From NCBI RefSeq assembly GCF_964355755.1, contig NC_092674.1, positions 28,954,001 through 29,018,000 of the forward strand: 64,000 nucleotides of DNA, in the 5' to 3' direction. Position 1 is the stretch's first letter. Every line of letters begins with the position of its first letter. The notes under the pieces were generated by a model that saw only the letters and a program-made list of their open reading frames with translations, did not search any database and had not been told where the DNA came from. Of the stretch, positions 26,601-40,576 are shown in pieces. The DNA is from Antedon mediterranea. Taxonomy: Eukaryota; Animalia; Echinodermata. A program made the position numbers and the translations under genes.

Positions 26601-29600
26601 TGATAAGCTTCCTGCAGATCATGTGCAGTTGTTAAGAGCATTTTTAAAAGACATCCCACATAAGATGGAGTCTGAAGAAAGGAACATTTTGCTCAATATT
26701 TCTGTCTTTGAAAGAGCAACACATGTCTTCAGAAGCCCTGATAATAGGTATCAATCAGCTGTTGTCAATGGAAGTGAACTTAAGACTGTGAGTAAAAATG
26801 ACCTTCCACCATTCGGTTTTCCAACAAAAGATATACTTCTTGACATATCTGATGAAGACTCAAGTATTTTAGCTTCTAGATTACGCCTTCAGTCATGTCC
26901 AAGAGAAGAAGCATTGTGCCAAATGATTCAAGGTACAGAGAAAGACAACGATTTGAAGTCACTCATCATTTGGATAATGGAAAGGTGGCATGAACTGAGA
27001 AGCGGCTACAAGGAGAATATTATCAGTGAAATTAAAAAGAAACCATTTATTCCAATGCAAAATGGGGATCATAAGAGGGCATCAGACTGTTTTGATCCAT
27101 CAGATGAACTTTTAACCAAGCTTTTTAGAGGAGAAGATTTATTTCCCACAGCACAATTTGCCTGCTATCGGGAAATCCTTCTACAGCTTGGATTAAAAAC
27201 TTGTTGTAAAGTAACAAGTAGTGACATAATAAGATGTGTAAATCACCTAAATAAACACCCTAACGAAGAGAGAGCATATGCTCTATGCAATCTTTTAGAA
27301 GTAATTCCACATGTTATCAATGATGACAGACTTTTCAGTTGCCTACAAAGTCACCAATGGGTTCCTGTTGTAAAGTCATTGCACCAAAGTACATATCTAA
27401 AGGGTTTTCCTTTGTTTAAGTCAACTCATATTCTAGTGTCGCCAAATGATGTGAAGTCTGTGAAACATGCATCTTTAGTAGGTTCGACATTGCCGCTTGT
27501 CTTGGATCAGTTTACTGAATTATCTAGAAGATTCTACTGGGAGTCAATGCCTTCTCCACATTTGGTTTACGAACATTTGCAAAATGTAGTAAACTATGTA
27601 ACTGAAGAGAATCAAATGGAAAGGAATGTAGACACACATAGCATTGAAAGTATACTACACAATATATACCCAGTCTTACAAAGTACCATATTTGAGATGA
27701 AACCATTGATAAAGAGAGAAGACAAGTGGGTATGGACTGGACAATGTTTTGTTGCACCAACAAAAATGTCAATTGAGAAAACCAGACATAGCTTAGAGCC
27801 TTACATATTTGTGCTTCCTCAAGGATTTCTTGGCTACAAACGATTGTTTAGGGAATTTGGAGCAAGTTTGAAGTTTGATAATGAAACAGAACAAATGCTT
27901 AATCTATTTGAGGAAATAAAGGATTTTCATGAGGCTAGACAGAATGTGACATATGAGCGCATTGATCATGATAGAGATCTAGCAATACAAGTCATTAAAT
28001 CTATTATAGATTTGAACAAAGAATTACCAAATGCAGTCAGGAATCAAATTTTTCTTCCAGTATCCACGCCAAATGCAAATATCCTTGAATTTGCTTCATG
28101 TGATGATGTATGCTTCCCAAATGAGAAATGGCTAGAACATGAAGAATTTGAAGATATTAAGCTTGTGCATGAAAGTGTCCCTCCTAAGATATACCAACGT
28201 CTAGGTGTGACACCACTTGGTCAAAAGATTAGTGGTGCAATGTCATTAGCAGGATTTCAACAAGCTGGTCAAAAGGAGAATCTTACTCAAAAGTTAAGGA
28301 ACATTCTTGACAGTGGCTACACTGAAGATTCTATCGCAAAAGAGATGATTCAAAATGCTGATGATGCAGGTGCCACTGAAGTTAAATTCATGATTGACAT
28401 GCGCACAAATAGTGAATTAAAATCAAAGCTATTAGATAAAAATATGAAGGTGTGGAATGGCCCTGCATTATGGGTTTTTAATGATGCAACATTTAGTGAT
28501 GCAGATTTTGAGAACATCACCAAACTTGGCGGAAGAACCAAACAAGACAATCAAGTGCAGATCGGCACATTTGGTTTAGGATTCAATTCTGTTTATCACA
28601 TAACAGATGTTCCCAGTTTCTTGTCTAGAGGTAGTATTGGATTCCTTGACCCACACACAACTTTTCTGGACAGCCAATTGAGGGATAAGAGCAATCCTGG
28701 CATTAGAATCGATCTAAATAGAAGTACAACAACCTTGAAACGATTCAAGAATCAATTTCTACCATATCAGGGGATTTTTGGATGTGACATTCTTGCTAAA
28801 AATAAAGTCAACTTTGAAGGAACATTGTTTCGTTTGCCATTAAGACAACACAACATGGGCGTTGAAAGTGAAATAAGTGATAAATACTTTAAAGAAGACA
28901 ATGTTGTTCAGTTAATGAAAAATGTTACTGAAATGTCTGAGAAACTACTTCTTTTCACGCAGCATGTAACACAGGTATCTGTTTGTTATCTAGGACTTCA
29001 TCAAAAGCCACAGGATGCTGTAAAACTGTTCTCTGTTCGAAAATTTCCAAAACAGTACTTGCAAGAAATAAATGGGTTACTGAAATATCAGCCAGAAGAA
29101 AACAAGTTTGAAATGCAGAATACCATCTTACGTGAGGCTGATCAGTATATTAAACAAAATAACGGCACTGGTGATTATCCATGGGCATTAACAGAAGTAT
29201 GTGTGGAACATTGTCTTACATATGAGGGAGCTGTTCAACTTCATAGTACTTGTGCTGAATTTTTAAACCATTGGCTAGTTTTTACTTGTATGGGCCAAAC
29301 AAAATCTCTAGATTTATACGAGAAGTTACACGGAATGACTGATACACCACGATTTAAGGTTCCATGTGGAGGAGTAGCACTTCCAGTTCAATCCATTCTT
29401 GAAGAAGGTGAAGTTTTCTGCTTCCTTCCTCTGTCAATCCCAACCTCTGGTATACCTTGTCATATAAATGGTAATTTTGCTGTATCTAATGACAGACATA
29501 GTCTTTGGAAACGAAATACACAAAGTTACGCACGTGACGTCAAGTCTGATTGGAATGAGGCAATTATGATTGACATAATCACTAGAAGCTATGTGGGTGT

Positions 29601-32600
29601 AATACACCATGATGGAGCTAAGAAGTGCTTTAAAGCTACCTCATTGTATGACCGTTGGCCAGATGAATCGAAAATTCCTGAGCAAAGTGAATATTTTCCT
29701 CTTCTAAAAGCATTCTACACAGCCATTGCATATGGAATAGATGATTCTGGAGATAAACCATGTGTATTTTATGGTGATGATAAATGGTTAAATCTTGAGT
29801 CAATCGCCATTTACAAAGCTACTGTTCCAAATAGCCCTATCACTGATGATGTGAAGGCAGTTCTTCAGATGTTCATTCCGTCTGAAAAGCATATGGTAGA
29901 CATCCCAGAAAAGATTCTAAATGGATTTAAAAGAGTTGAATGTAAGGACTTGATTGATCAATACACGGAAGAACGTTTTTTCAAAGAAATATTTTTCCCC
30001 AACATCACCAAAATCCAAAATAAGACTCGGCGGAATAAATTGATCATGCATGTTATTGACAATTCTAAGAATTGCCCATTGTACCAAAGGCTTTTAAGGA
30101 ACACAAATTGTATTCCAACTAACAGTCGTTTGGAAAAGATATCTAGTGTCGTACATCCACATGGTAAAGTAGCTGATCTTTTTGAACCTGAAGAAAATCG
30201 TTTTCCAATCAAGGATTTTCAGACAGACAGGGCACGAATGGAAGTGATGGTTGAGTTGGGAATGATAAAGGACGATTTGGATATGACAGACATTTTAGAA
30301 AGGGGCCGTGTTTTTGAAGACAGCAAGCGTTCAAAACAAATCAGGATAAAGAAGATACAAACATTCATGAGGCTTTTGGAAAGAAAACGAGGGATGTTCA
30401 ATGATGTGGATCTTGATAAACTTTCCAGTTTACAAATATTCCCAGTATTGCCAAGACCAATGGACTTTCCTAAAGTCTTTCCTTGGTTTGGAAATGAATG
30501 TGGGGATTTTGTGTGTGCTAAAAAGCTTTTCCCCTCAGTACACACAGATTTAGTATGCTTTGTAAGACCTATCATAGATAAAGTTGTTTTTCAAAATTGT
30601 GGAAATTCAGTTTTACAAATGTTTAATCTATCGAATCAAACATGTACACCACATTGCAATGATGTCATTCAACAACTAAAAGAACTATCCAGGATTGAGA
30701 ATAAGTTCCTTGTAAGTAATGAATCAACTGTTCTCCGGCTTTGCAGCAACATCTATTCACATCTTGAAAGAGGTAGTAATGAAGAAATTCGTGAGTTGCT
30801 TAACACTGATTGGCCATGGATATGGAGTGGGGAACAATTTGCCAATACGACTTCTGTTTGTATTAATGAAGGCAAGGTTAATCTCAGTCCATACTTCTTC
30901 TCAGTTCATAGAAACTTACGGAAGTATAAGCAACTATTCGAACATTGTGCAGTAGCAATGGAACAAAGTGAAAGATTAAGTGATCTTATACAAATTCTTC
31001 ATAAGATCAAAGATAACCATGAACAAAGTGTTGAAACTAAGGATGACCACAAGCTTGTTATTGATGTTTTACATTTTATCAAAAGTCATACAACTAAAGA
31101 AGATTTTGCAAAGAATTATCAGAACATTCTTATTCCCATTCAGAGTCAAAATCTCAAATTAGTCTCACCAGATGAGTGCTGCTTTTGTGATGATTGGTCA
31201 AAGCAAGGTTTAGACATTGAACATGATGAAAATGTAGTACATCAAGATATACCAAATGCAATAGCTTCTTTTTTTGGAGTTATACCTTTGAGTAGAAAAT
31301 TATCTCATAGTAATCAGATAGGGATAACACAGTATGGTCAAAATGAACCATTAACACAGAGGTTGCACAATATACTGCAAGACTATCAAGCAACAGATAT
31401 TCCGAAGGAAATGATCCAGAATGCAGATGATGCAGAGGCTAAAGAGGTAAAATTCTTAATAGACCTTAGCGAAAATTCAAACAAAAAAGGTTTATTAGAT
31501 GAAGGAATGACTCTATGTCACGGCCCAGCGCTTATTGTGTATAATGATGCAGAGTTTACACAAGATGATTTTGAAAACATAACAAAGTTGGGTGGACAAT
31601 CTAAGAAAGAACAAACAAACAAAATTGGAAAGTTTGGTCTGGGTTTCAATTCGGTTTACCACATCACTGATGTCCCGAGTTTCATCAGTAATGGTCGTTT
31701 AACGATTTTTGACCCCCAAAGATTTCATCTTGGTAATCAAATACAGTCAGGAGCTCCTGGAATTCAAATAAATTTCAAAAAGAACCCACAAACTGTGGAA
31801 AGGTTTAGCAATCAGTTTCAGCCCTACTCAAACTTGTTTGGATGGAATTTTCAAGATTCGTATTTCACAGGGACCCTTTTTCGACTTCCACTTCGAACTT
31901 ATAAACAAGTACAGAAAGGAGGAAAAATAAGCAGAGAAGTTTTTGATGATAAAAAAATAAGAAAACTCATATCTACGTTTTGTGAGCAAGCTGGTGATAT
32001 GCTGTTATTTACTAAGAACGTTGAAAAAATCAAAGTCTACCACAGAAGATCCTATGATGAACAACCAGAGTGCATTTGTAGCGTTGCAAGAGAAGGTACT
32101 AGAAAAGACATGGAAACAGCTTACAAGATTAGAATTACTGTAGACTTAAAGGGTCAAAGTACGAAAGAAGACTGGATCATTCAACCTGCTATAGGAACTA
32201 GTGATGCGCTACAATTAGCTAACAGTCCATTTGGTATAAAGCATGGGTTAAACTCACATGGTGGACTGGCATATAAATGTAACAGTAAAGAAAATTTCAC
32301 TGGATTAGTGTTTTGTTTTCTTCCACTTTCTATTCCATCTAGTGGGCTTCCCATACATATCAATGCAAAGTTTTCCGTAGCTCCAGATCGAAGAAGTCTT
32401 CGCAAAAGAGGATCAGGAGATGATGCATCAATACATTCAGAGTCACAATGGAACAATGCTTTAATGAAAGATTTAATCTCAAGAGGATATGTGGTGATGC
32501 TCTCAGAGCCTACTTCAAGATCATTTATACTCAATGATGTATCGATTAACAATAAAGAAAACAGTATGTTTTCACTCTGGCCAAGAACTGATCATGTACA

Positions 32601-35600
32601 TACAGATATCATCCATGTTGTGCATTGTTTCTATCAAGCTGTTGTTCATGGAATGGATGCAAAACCTCCAGAGATATTTAAAGTTAAAGATAACTGGTAT
32701 ACATTTCAGGAAATTTGTTTCCTTGATGAAGAGTTGACAAATTGTCATATTTTACCGACGGTAAAAGAGATACTGGAGAGAAATGGGTGTGTGATTGTAG
32801 ATCTACCTAAGTACATTCGGAAAAGCTTCCTACACTCAAAGTGTTCAGATGCTCTAGCAGAAAATACAATTTCATACCAAGAGTTTTTTGAAGAACAGTT
32901 CTTTCCACATTTAGCAGAGTTACCAGATTCTTTGGTCAATAAAGTTGTACTGTTCCTGCTCAAACACAATGACGGGTATGATTGGATAGATAGCAACTTG
33001 AAATGTCTTCCTTGTATTCCCTCTACACCTAATGGGATTCGGAAACGTCCATCTGAACTAATTGATGAATCTTGTCCTAACATTGCTTCAATGTACCTTC
33101 CAGAAGATGGAAGATTTCCATTTGGCACAGAATTCAAAGACCAACAAATATCTAGAAAGCTATGTTCTCTAGGTATGTCACATTCGGTTGTACCATTTGA
33201 GTATATTGTCGAACGATGCAAATCAATTGAGACTCTAAACCAATCTGGGTCAACTGAGGCTGTTACAATATGTCAGAAAAGGGCTTCTGCTGTACTTAAA
33301 TATATGGATTCTATTAGTAAAGAAATTGAAGAACATGAAGTTCAAAGAATTGTAAATATCAAATTCATTCCAGTTGAGATCCAAGCCCCACCTGATTATC
33401 CTGTTAGATGGGCAAATTCATCTGATTTATTTCTGACACCAGAGTGTGTTTACATATCAGAATTAGTAGACTGTGTTGGAGCTGTTGCCCCAATTTCAAA
33501 ATGTCTACCATGTTCTAAGAATACCAGGGAAATACTGAAAATGAAAGTCGTTCCTAGCTTGATGGACATTCTTAAACAGCTGAAATATTTAGTTGTTGCT
33601 GACATGACTGACAGTATTAAAGTTGCAAATGTTCAAAGAATGTACAAGTGCTTAATGAAGGAAATTCAGATATCAAATTCCAATGAAGAAACAACCATCC
33701 GTGAGTCATTGCAGGATTCAGCGATTGTCTTGTGTTATGGAAAGTTTATGAGAATTAAACATGTCGCACTAAGGTGCAAACGAGAATTCCCGCCTTATCT
33801 TTACAAACTACCATTTGAACTCAGAAGTTATAACAATATTTTTCAATTGCTAGGCATGGAAGAAGATTTTTCTTATTCTACCTTATTGGATATAAGTTAT
33901 AATCTTCAAGCGAAGTATACAGAACAGGCTCTTGAAGGAAGAGACTTACGAGTGGCAATTGAAATGGTTCAAAGTATTGCTGATTGTAAATCTTGTGAGG
34001 ACCCACGTCCAATTTTAGTTCCCGATCGACAAGGATATTTAAGGCAAGTCGACCAACTAAGCTTTTGCCTTCATGATACTTCAGATGCTGATATAGGAGA
34101 AGAAATCTTGTGCCATGATTTAATCCCCCAAATATTAGCAGCTTGTATAGGTATAAAAGATATAAGATCAAGTGTACTTTTGAAGCATGGATCAAAACTT
34201 AAATATGGTAAAATGTTTGGTCAGGTACAGAAATTGACTAACCGAATTGGAGAGATTCTGAAGGGTTATCCTTGTGACGATTCAATATTCAAAGAGTTGC
34301 TACAGAATTCTGATGATGCTGGGGCAGATGAAATTAATTTTATATACGACCCACGTCAACATTCAGATACAAAAGTATTCTGTGATAACTGGAAAGAAAC
34401 TCTTGGACCAGCATTATGTGTTTACAACAATAAACCATTTACAGAAGATGACTTAAAGGGAATCCAGGATCTTGGAACTGGCGCCAAATCATTTCATCCA
34501 GATAAGACAGGCCAATATGGAATAGGGTTCAATTCTGTGTACCATCTTACAGATTGCCCTTCATTTTTAACCGATGATGACACACTTTGTATTTTTGATC
34601 CACATTGTGCATTTATTGACCATGCAACTCAAGAATCACCAGGATACCAGTATGATATTTCACCAAAGGTTAATGAAATGTTTCGAGATTCTTTGGCTTG
34701 CTTTCGTTTGGACTCTCTCAAAAACAAAGGGTCTACATTATTTAGATTTCCCTTGCGTACTTCAAGAATGAAGAATTTTGCATCAATAAATCAAGTACCA
34801 ATGAGCCAAGAGCTATTTGATGGTGACAAAATACAAAGCCTACTTGACAATTTCGAATCGAATGCATTTCAAATGTTGTTATATTTGAATAATCTAACAA
34901 AGATTACAATTTCACATATTGAAAAAGACAGCCATATGAAAACAGATTACTGGGTAAAGGCAGAATTATCACCGGAAGATAAAAAAAGGCGACATGACTT
35001 CTACAACTACGTTAAAGAATGTGCCAAGACATCAAAATTGGAAGACATTCAAATGACAGAGGTTACATATGAAATGACAATTTCTGATAAGTATGGTAAA
35101 AGACAAGTATGGTTAATCAATCAACGGATAGGCTCGACTGAAGAGATTCCTGCATCCATATCATGTGCTTATGATGAAGGAAGTTTGAAACTATTACCAC
35201 GTGGTGGAGTAGCAGCATGTATATCTCATAAATCGTCATCAACAGGTACCTATTGCTTCCTACCACTTCCAATACAAGTAAAACTACCTGTGAGTATAAA
35301 TGGACATTTCAGTCTTGATCCAAGTAGGCGTGATTTATCAAATATAATGCAAAATAAAGAGTGGAATGAATATGTTAAATGTCAAGTAATTGCCCATTCC
35401 TATTCTCAACTGCTCAACAAATTAAGAGATGGATGCTTTGCCTCTGACAATGGCAGTGCATCACAAATCACCTGCTCTTCTGGGGAGATGGCTAAGAAGA
35501 TGGAATTCTATTGGCAATACTTTCCAGATATACAAAATGTACACACAGATTGGAAGCAATTGGCTACACAAGTATTTAAAGATATTCTTCAAAATCAGAT

Positions 35601-38600
35601 GTTAATGTTTCCAGTTGTTCGAAAAACAGATGGATTGATCTGCAGTAAGCAAGAAACTGACAACATAGGTGTTGCTTATTTATTGAAATGGCTTCCTGCA
35701 ATTGGAACAAATGATAAAAAGGTATACTTTTGTCCAGTCAACAAACCTGTGTTTGCATTAAAAAAGTTGCTGTTTGGTGAGGAGGAAGATATTCTACCTC
35801 TAGCTATTCTGCAGCATATATGCTTTAATATTACAACTGTACCAGGTACTGTCTACAATGGTCTGATCGAAGTAGGATCACAGGCTGCCAAACACCAAGT
35901 AAATCCAGTTGAGGAAGTTTCACCAAAAGCTGTTGTTTACTTCCTGAAAAGTGCCTTCAACCCGGGTGAACTACCTTGTGACATCATTAGTTCAAGTCTC
36001 CAAAGTGAACACAATTACATAAAACTGCTTAAGTATATTGATAAAGATAGAGAATTGCAAGAAGGGAACATTTCTCTAAATGGCATGGCATTGCTGCTCA
36101 CACAAGACATGCAGTTAAGAAGATTTAATGAAACAGATACATATTTTATATCCAGAAGATATACTTTGCTTCCAAAATCCTTGGATGAATTTGTTTATGA
36201 AAAGGCTCAATGTCATTTCTCTTTCAAATCTTGTGAAATAAAGAAATTCTGCATTGAAGATCTTGTAGAACGGCTACCTGCCAATTTGGGGCCGACATAT
36301 GAAAATTCAAAACTTCTATGGAATCCAGACGGTAAGGAATTTCCAAATAAATGTTGGATTCAAGATCTCTGGAAGTTTCTTAAAACAAAATTTGAAGATA
36401 AGAAATACTGTCCTAATCTTAATGATAATGACAAATGCGATCATATCAAACATCGTATGGGTAATTGGTCTGTGCTTCCAGTTAAAGTACCTACCAAAAG
36501 AAAAAGTTTATTGACAAGAATGTCGGTAGTGAATCACTATTTAATGCCATTTTCTGCAGCAGAATCTGTACTCCATTGTCATATATTAGACAGCACTATC
36601 AAAGAAGCATGTTCAAAGTTAAGTCTTCCTGTTGTAGATAATGATATATTTCAGAGAAGAGATTTATATAATTATCTCTCTTATAGTATCTCTGATGACA
36701 GCGTCAACTTCATTAAACGTTTTATTGCCACTGAGGGTACCCCTACAAGAATACTGACAACTTTCATATCCTTGTTGGATGAAGATAACCAAGCCTTTGA
36801 TTCACTGAACTCGTACAACAGAAAAGAAATTTTGTTGTATTTTGAACGGTTTGTTGGATTTTCCGTAAAAGAAGAACATATCTACAGTTTAAAACGGCTA
36901 CCATGCTACCGTTCCATTCACAACGAATTCATTAATTTGAGTCAAAACAAACATCATTTTGTTCTTCATTCTGGCATTCCAAAGGTCGAGAAAGAAAAGT
37001 GGGTAGATGAAGCAAACGCAGAGTTCATTGAAGATGATGACTCATTAAAAAAACTTTATGGACTTCTTGGATTGACAAAATGTAGTGAACCAGACGTCTA
37101 CAAAGAATTTATTCTACCATTGTTCTACAAGTTCACTGATGAAGCAAGAGTTGAACACATGACGCGTATTAAACAGATTGTGGATGAATCGATTTATCAA
37201 AGACCAGTTGATAAATATTCAAGGATCAGGATGATAGGAACCATGGATTTGAAGAACACACCTTTAGTATCCCACAAAGACCGACCGTTAAAATACATAC
37301 GTGAATATTTTGACGATTCAATTACAATTTTCAAACTTATGTTACAACCTGAAATGTTGTTACCAGAGCCATTCTGTACTTATGATTGGAAACAATTTAT
37401 GACAGAGCTAGGTTTGCAAACAAAAGCTACACCTCAAATGGTTTTAGAATTTGGACGTAAAATTGAACAAAGGTTGAATAGATTTAAATTCAAGGAAGAG
37501 TCGGAGAAGTCTAAAGCACTTGTTAATTACATTGCAACGACAGAAGAACTGAAGACAGATAAAGGATTCTTGAGTCAAATGAGTGGCATAGCATTTTTAG
37601 TGCCACCTTACTTAGATCCCAACCTGTTAACCCTTCATAAACGATATAATGAACCTGGTAAAGTTGGTGTTGCATACAATGGGGCTTTAACAAGTCAGAA
37701 TGTAAAACTCGCATGGACAAGCGCAAGTATTTTACCAAACTATGCCATTCCTTATGTGCCACATCGTATAGGATGTATTTCATTTAGAGATATGTTTTCA
37801 GACTTAAATATATCTGAAACACCATCAATTGATACTGTTCTTCAGCATACCAAGAACATATGTACACATCTGGAAAAAGAATATGACTACTTTAAAAGAA
37901 CAGGAAGCGTAGCTACGTCTCCTGAATGCAAAGAAGCATTACATGAAGTTATGCAAAAAATCTATGGGTATTTTTCTGAAAAATTCAGAAAAAGTAGCGA
38001 AGATTGTACATGCATTGTGAGGCAATTAATTGATGTGCCCATCCTGTTAGTTGATCATGATGAGATACTTACTCCAGTTAAGTACACAGTGAAACAAATA
38101 AAGAAAGACCTAGTACTTACACCATACATTCATAAAATACAAGAAAGCTTTGTTCAATATATGGACTTCTTTAAACATCTTGGTGCTGAGGACAAACCTT
38201 CCATTTGGCAATGTTGTGAACTTCTCAAAATGGTTCATGAAGAAGTTAAAGATAAATCATTTCATGATAATCCAAATTTAATGTCCATGATCAAATTTGC
38301 AGTTCGCAAAATCTTCAAATCTCACAAAGATAAAGGGTGGCTGCAAGGTATTGACGTGTTGTATCTTCCTAATCGATCTTATCAACTTATGGATTCAAGT
38401 ACTTTGAAGTACTACGACAAACCGATGTTTGAGGTTAGAATGAAAAAGGAAAATGACAAGAATATTCTTTTTAATTTCACCGAAATTAGATTGAAAGATA
38501 GTCCTATTATCTATATTGAAAACATGCCAACAGATCTACAGCCTGGTAAATTCAGCACACAAGTGAAAGAGTGTATGACTTCAGATCCTGTAGAAAGCGA

Positions 38601-40293
38601 ATGTCGTTATGCAAAGGAGGGACTTTGTACGCAACAAAATATTATTCAACATCAACTCCAATCTTCGTTGTTCCATAGAGGTGTTTACCGTCTTTTGAAA
38701 CATGAAGCTAATCAACAGGGATTGGAACTTACAGATGCAGATTATTCACAAAAACTGTTAACATTATCTCCAGATCATCTTACCATCAAATGTCTCAACA
38801 ACCTAAAAACCCATTTTCAGAAATTTGGAGACATAATTGAAGGAAGTACATTTGAACCACATTGCTTCCTTGAAAGAAGAGAAGATAAAGCAACAATATT
38901 TATAAGGCATGACGATTCAGATGATTCAGATAACTTTCAAATTCTAAAACTAATGTTGGTAGAAAAAGTAGGTGAACTTACTGGAGTGTTGAGCAACATG
39001 GAAGTGGCGCTGATGATTTGTAGTGATCCAAATAATATACAGAAAGTGTTAAGTACTCGTAATATTCAGGCTTTAGATGAAAACAAATTTAAAAAAATGT
39101 CATTGCCAGAATTGGGATCCCGTGTACCAGATGATGTTGTAGAATCTTTGAATAACCATCCATTCAATGACTTTAGACCTGGAGAGTATGTTGTATATGA
39201 GCGAGAAGACCAAGATGAAGTTTATGTTTATGCGAAAGTATTACGAAAGATATCATGCAATACTTCAGAGAGCAGTTCTCTCAACAGGATGTACGAAATA
39301 GACTATGGGAAAGTGAAAATAGTCAGCACGTTGAGTTTATACAAGTGGCTGTCACATAATTCTAATGAAACAAGTCAGGATGTAGGCATGGATTTACAGC
39401 GATATGTAGCCTCTGAAAATAACCCATTGGGTAGTGAAGAAACTTCAGTACCACAAACCTATGACAATCTCGACGACACTAAATCCACAGTGTCGGACGA
39501 ACTAGAAGAGATTTGGAAACTTGAAGTTCAAGAAAGGAAAAAAGCAATCAAACGCTTGTACTTAAAATGGCACCCAGATAAAAATCCCGACCATGAAGAA
39601 TTTTGCAATGAGGTATTTAAGCATCTGAAAAATGAAGTTGATCGTTTAGAAAAGGGTCGTCCCAGAAACTCAATGAATTATTACACATCTGATTTTGGAA
39701 CATGGGATGAACCATTTAGAGGATGGGACGAAAGAGCCCGAAGGTATAGAAGTAATAGATATCATTTCAATTCTGGTTCCTCACCAAGATATAATTTTGG
39801 TTCGTCATCCGGATACAATTTTGGATCATCATCTGGATTTAGTGGTTATCGCAACTTTACATCTTATACCTCAACACCTAGTCAACGTGATGCAAAGTTA
39901 TCACAAAGTCAAGCACGCCATGACTTCTTTGCAGCCGGCAATGATGTTGATGGCAGCCATCCAAGTTATGAATGGGTTGCTTATAAGTGTTTACAAGCAG
40001 CCGAGAAGTCACTAAAAGCTGCTATATTATCAAGTACAGGAGGAAACTACATGACACATGATATTAGACATTTGTTAATCACAGTTGAAGGTATACCAAA
40101 CTGCCCAAATGGTCTACGTAAACATGTCAGTGAGCTGTGTACTCATGGTAAGGATCAGAATACCGCACGTTATTATTGGGGTAATACAATTCCACATAAC
40201 AGATATAGTAGTGAAGATGCCAACATCTGTATTTCAAATGCAGGAGCAATTTTAGACATGATGGACACACTGATTGAAGGATCACCGATTTAA
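20613..40293 (+). CDS. SACS: Sacsin-like protein, tandem copy 2 (complete, ~5362 aa); coding exons 20613..20640, 21548..21636, 23014..23284, 23748..25283, 26129..40293
   Basis: All introns are GT..AG with consistent phases. The spliced N-terminus MMSDEDEGEDNFTFGQREPPLVDYVKQILRNYTGGQLLK|ELTQNADDAGA..YHLT|DIPSIVSG matches the start of a sacsin repeat. Four QN(A/S)DDA motifs (23023, 28351, 31417, 34303), HPD at 39571 and a HEPN domain at ~39890-40280. Coding length is 16089 nt, divisible by 3. Confidence 0.9.
21684..22705. mobile_element. Non-autonomous TIR DNA transposon (piggyBac-like, TTAA target) in intron 2 of sacsin copy 2
   Basis: TTAA-CACTTTGACTGCCA ... TGGCAGTCAAAGTG-TTAC. No ORF. Confidence 0.6.
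22782..22958. mobile_element. Palindromic MITE family A
   Basis: Full TIRs AAGCTCTGTCTACACTATCAA / TTGATAGTGTAGACAGAGCTT. Confidence 0.78.
25367..25866. mobile_element. MITE with ~24-bp TIRs (Tc1/mariner-pogo-like) in intron 4 of sacsin copy 2
   Basis: TA-CAGTAGAACCTGTGTTTTACGTAC ... GTACGTAAAATGAAGGTTCTACTG, with subterminal GATTTTACG repeats. Confidence 0.7.
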
Positions 40294-40576
40294 ATAACGA
40301 TAATCATTTATACTATTCTGTTTCTGTCAAAAAACGAATGATAATTATTAAGAATTGTTTTGTTTTAAATTTAATAATTATGCTATATTACTGGATAACC
40401 GTGATTTATTAATAGACATGATGCACTTATTGAAGGATCACCGATTTAAATAACGATAATCACTTTTACTATTCTGTTTCTGTGAAAAAAAACCGTAACA
40501 AAATGATAAAATTAAGAATTGTTTTGTTTTAAACTTGATAATTAAACTATATTACTTGATAACCATGATTTATTAA
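40253..40576 (+). repeat. ~160-bp tandem duplication spanning the stop codon of sacsin copy 2
   Basis: 40253-40412 is repeated at 40413-40576 with small indels. Confidence 0.85.

Noticed and set aside
1-40293. Prokaryotic or horizontally acquired defence operon
   Set aside because: Spliceosomal introns, a metazoan sacsin domain order and animal neighbour genes argue for native eukaryotic genes.
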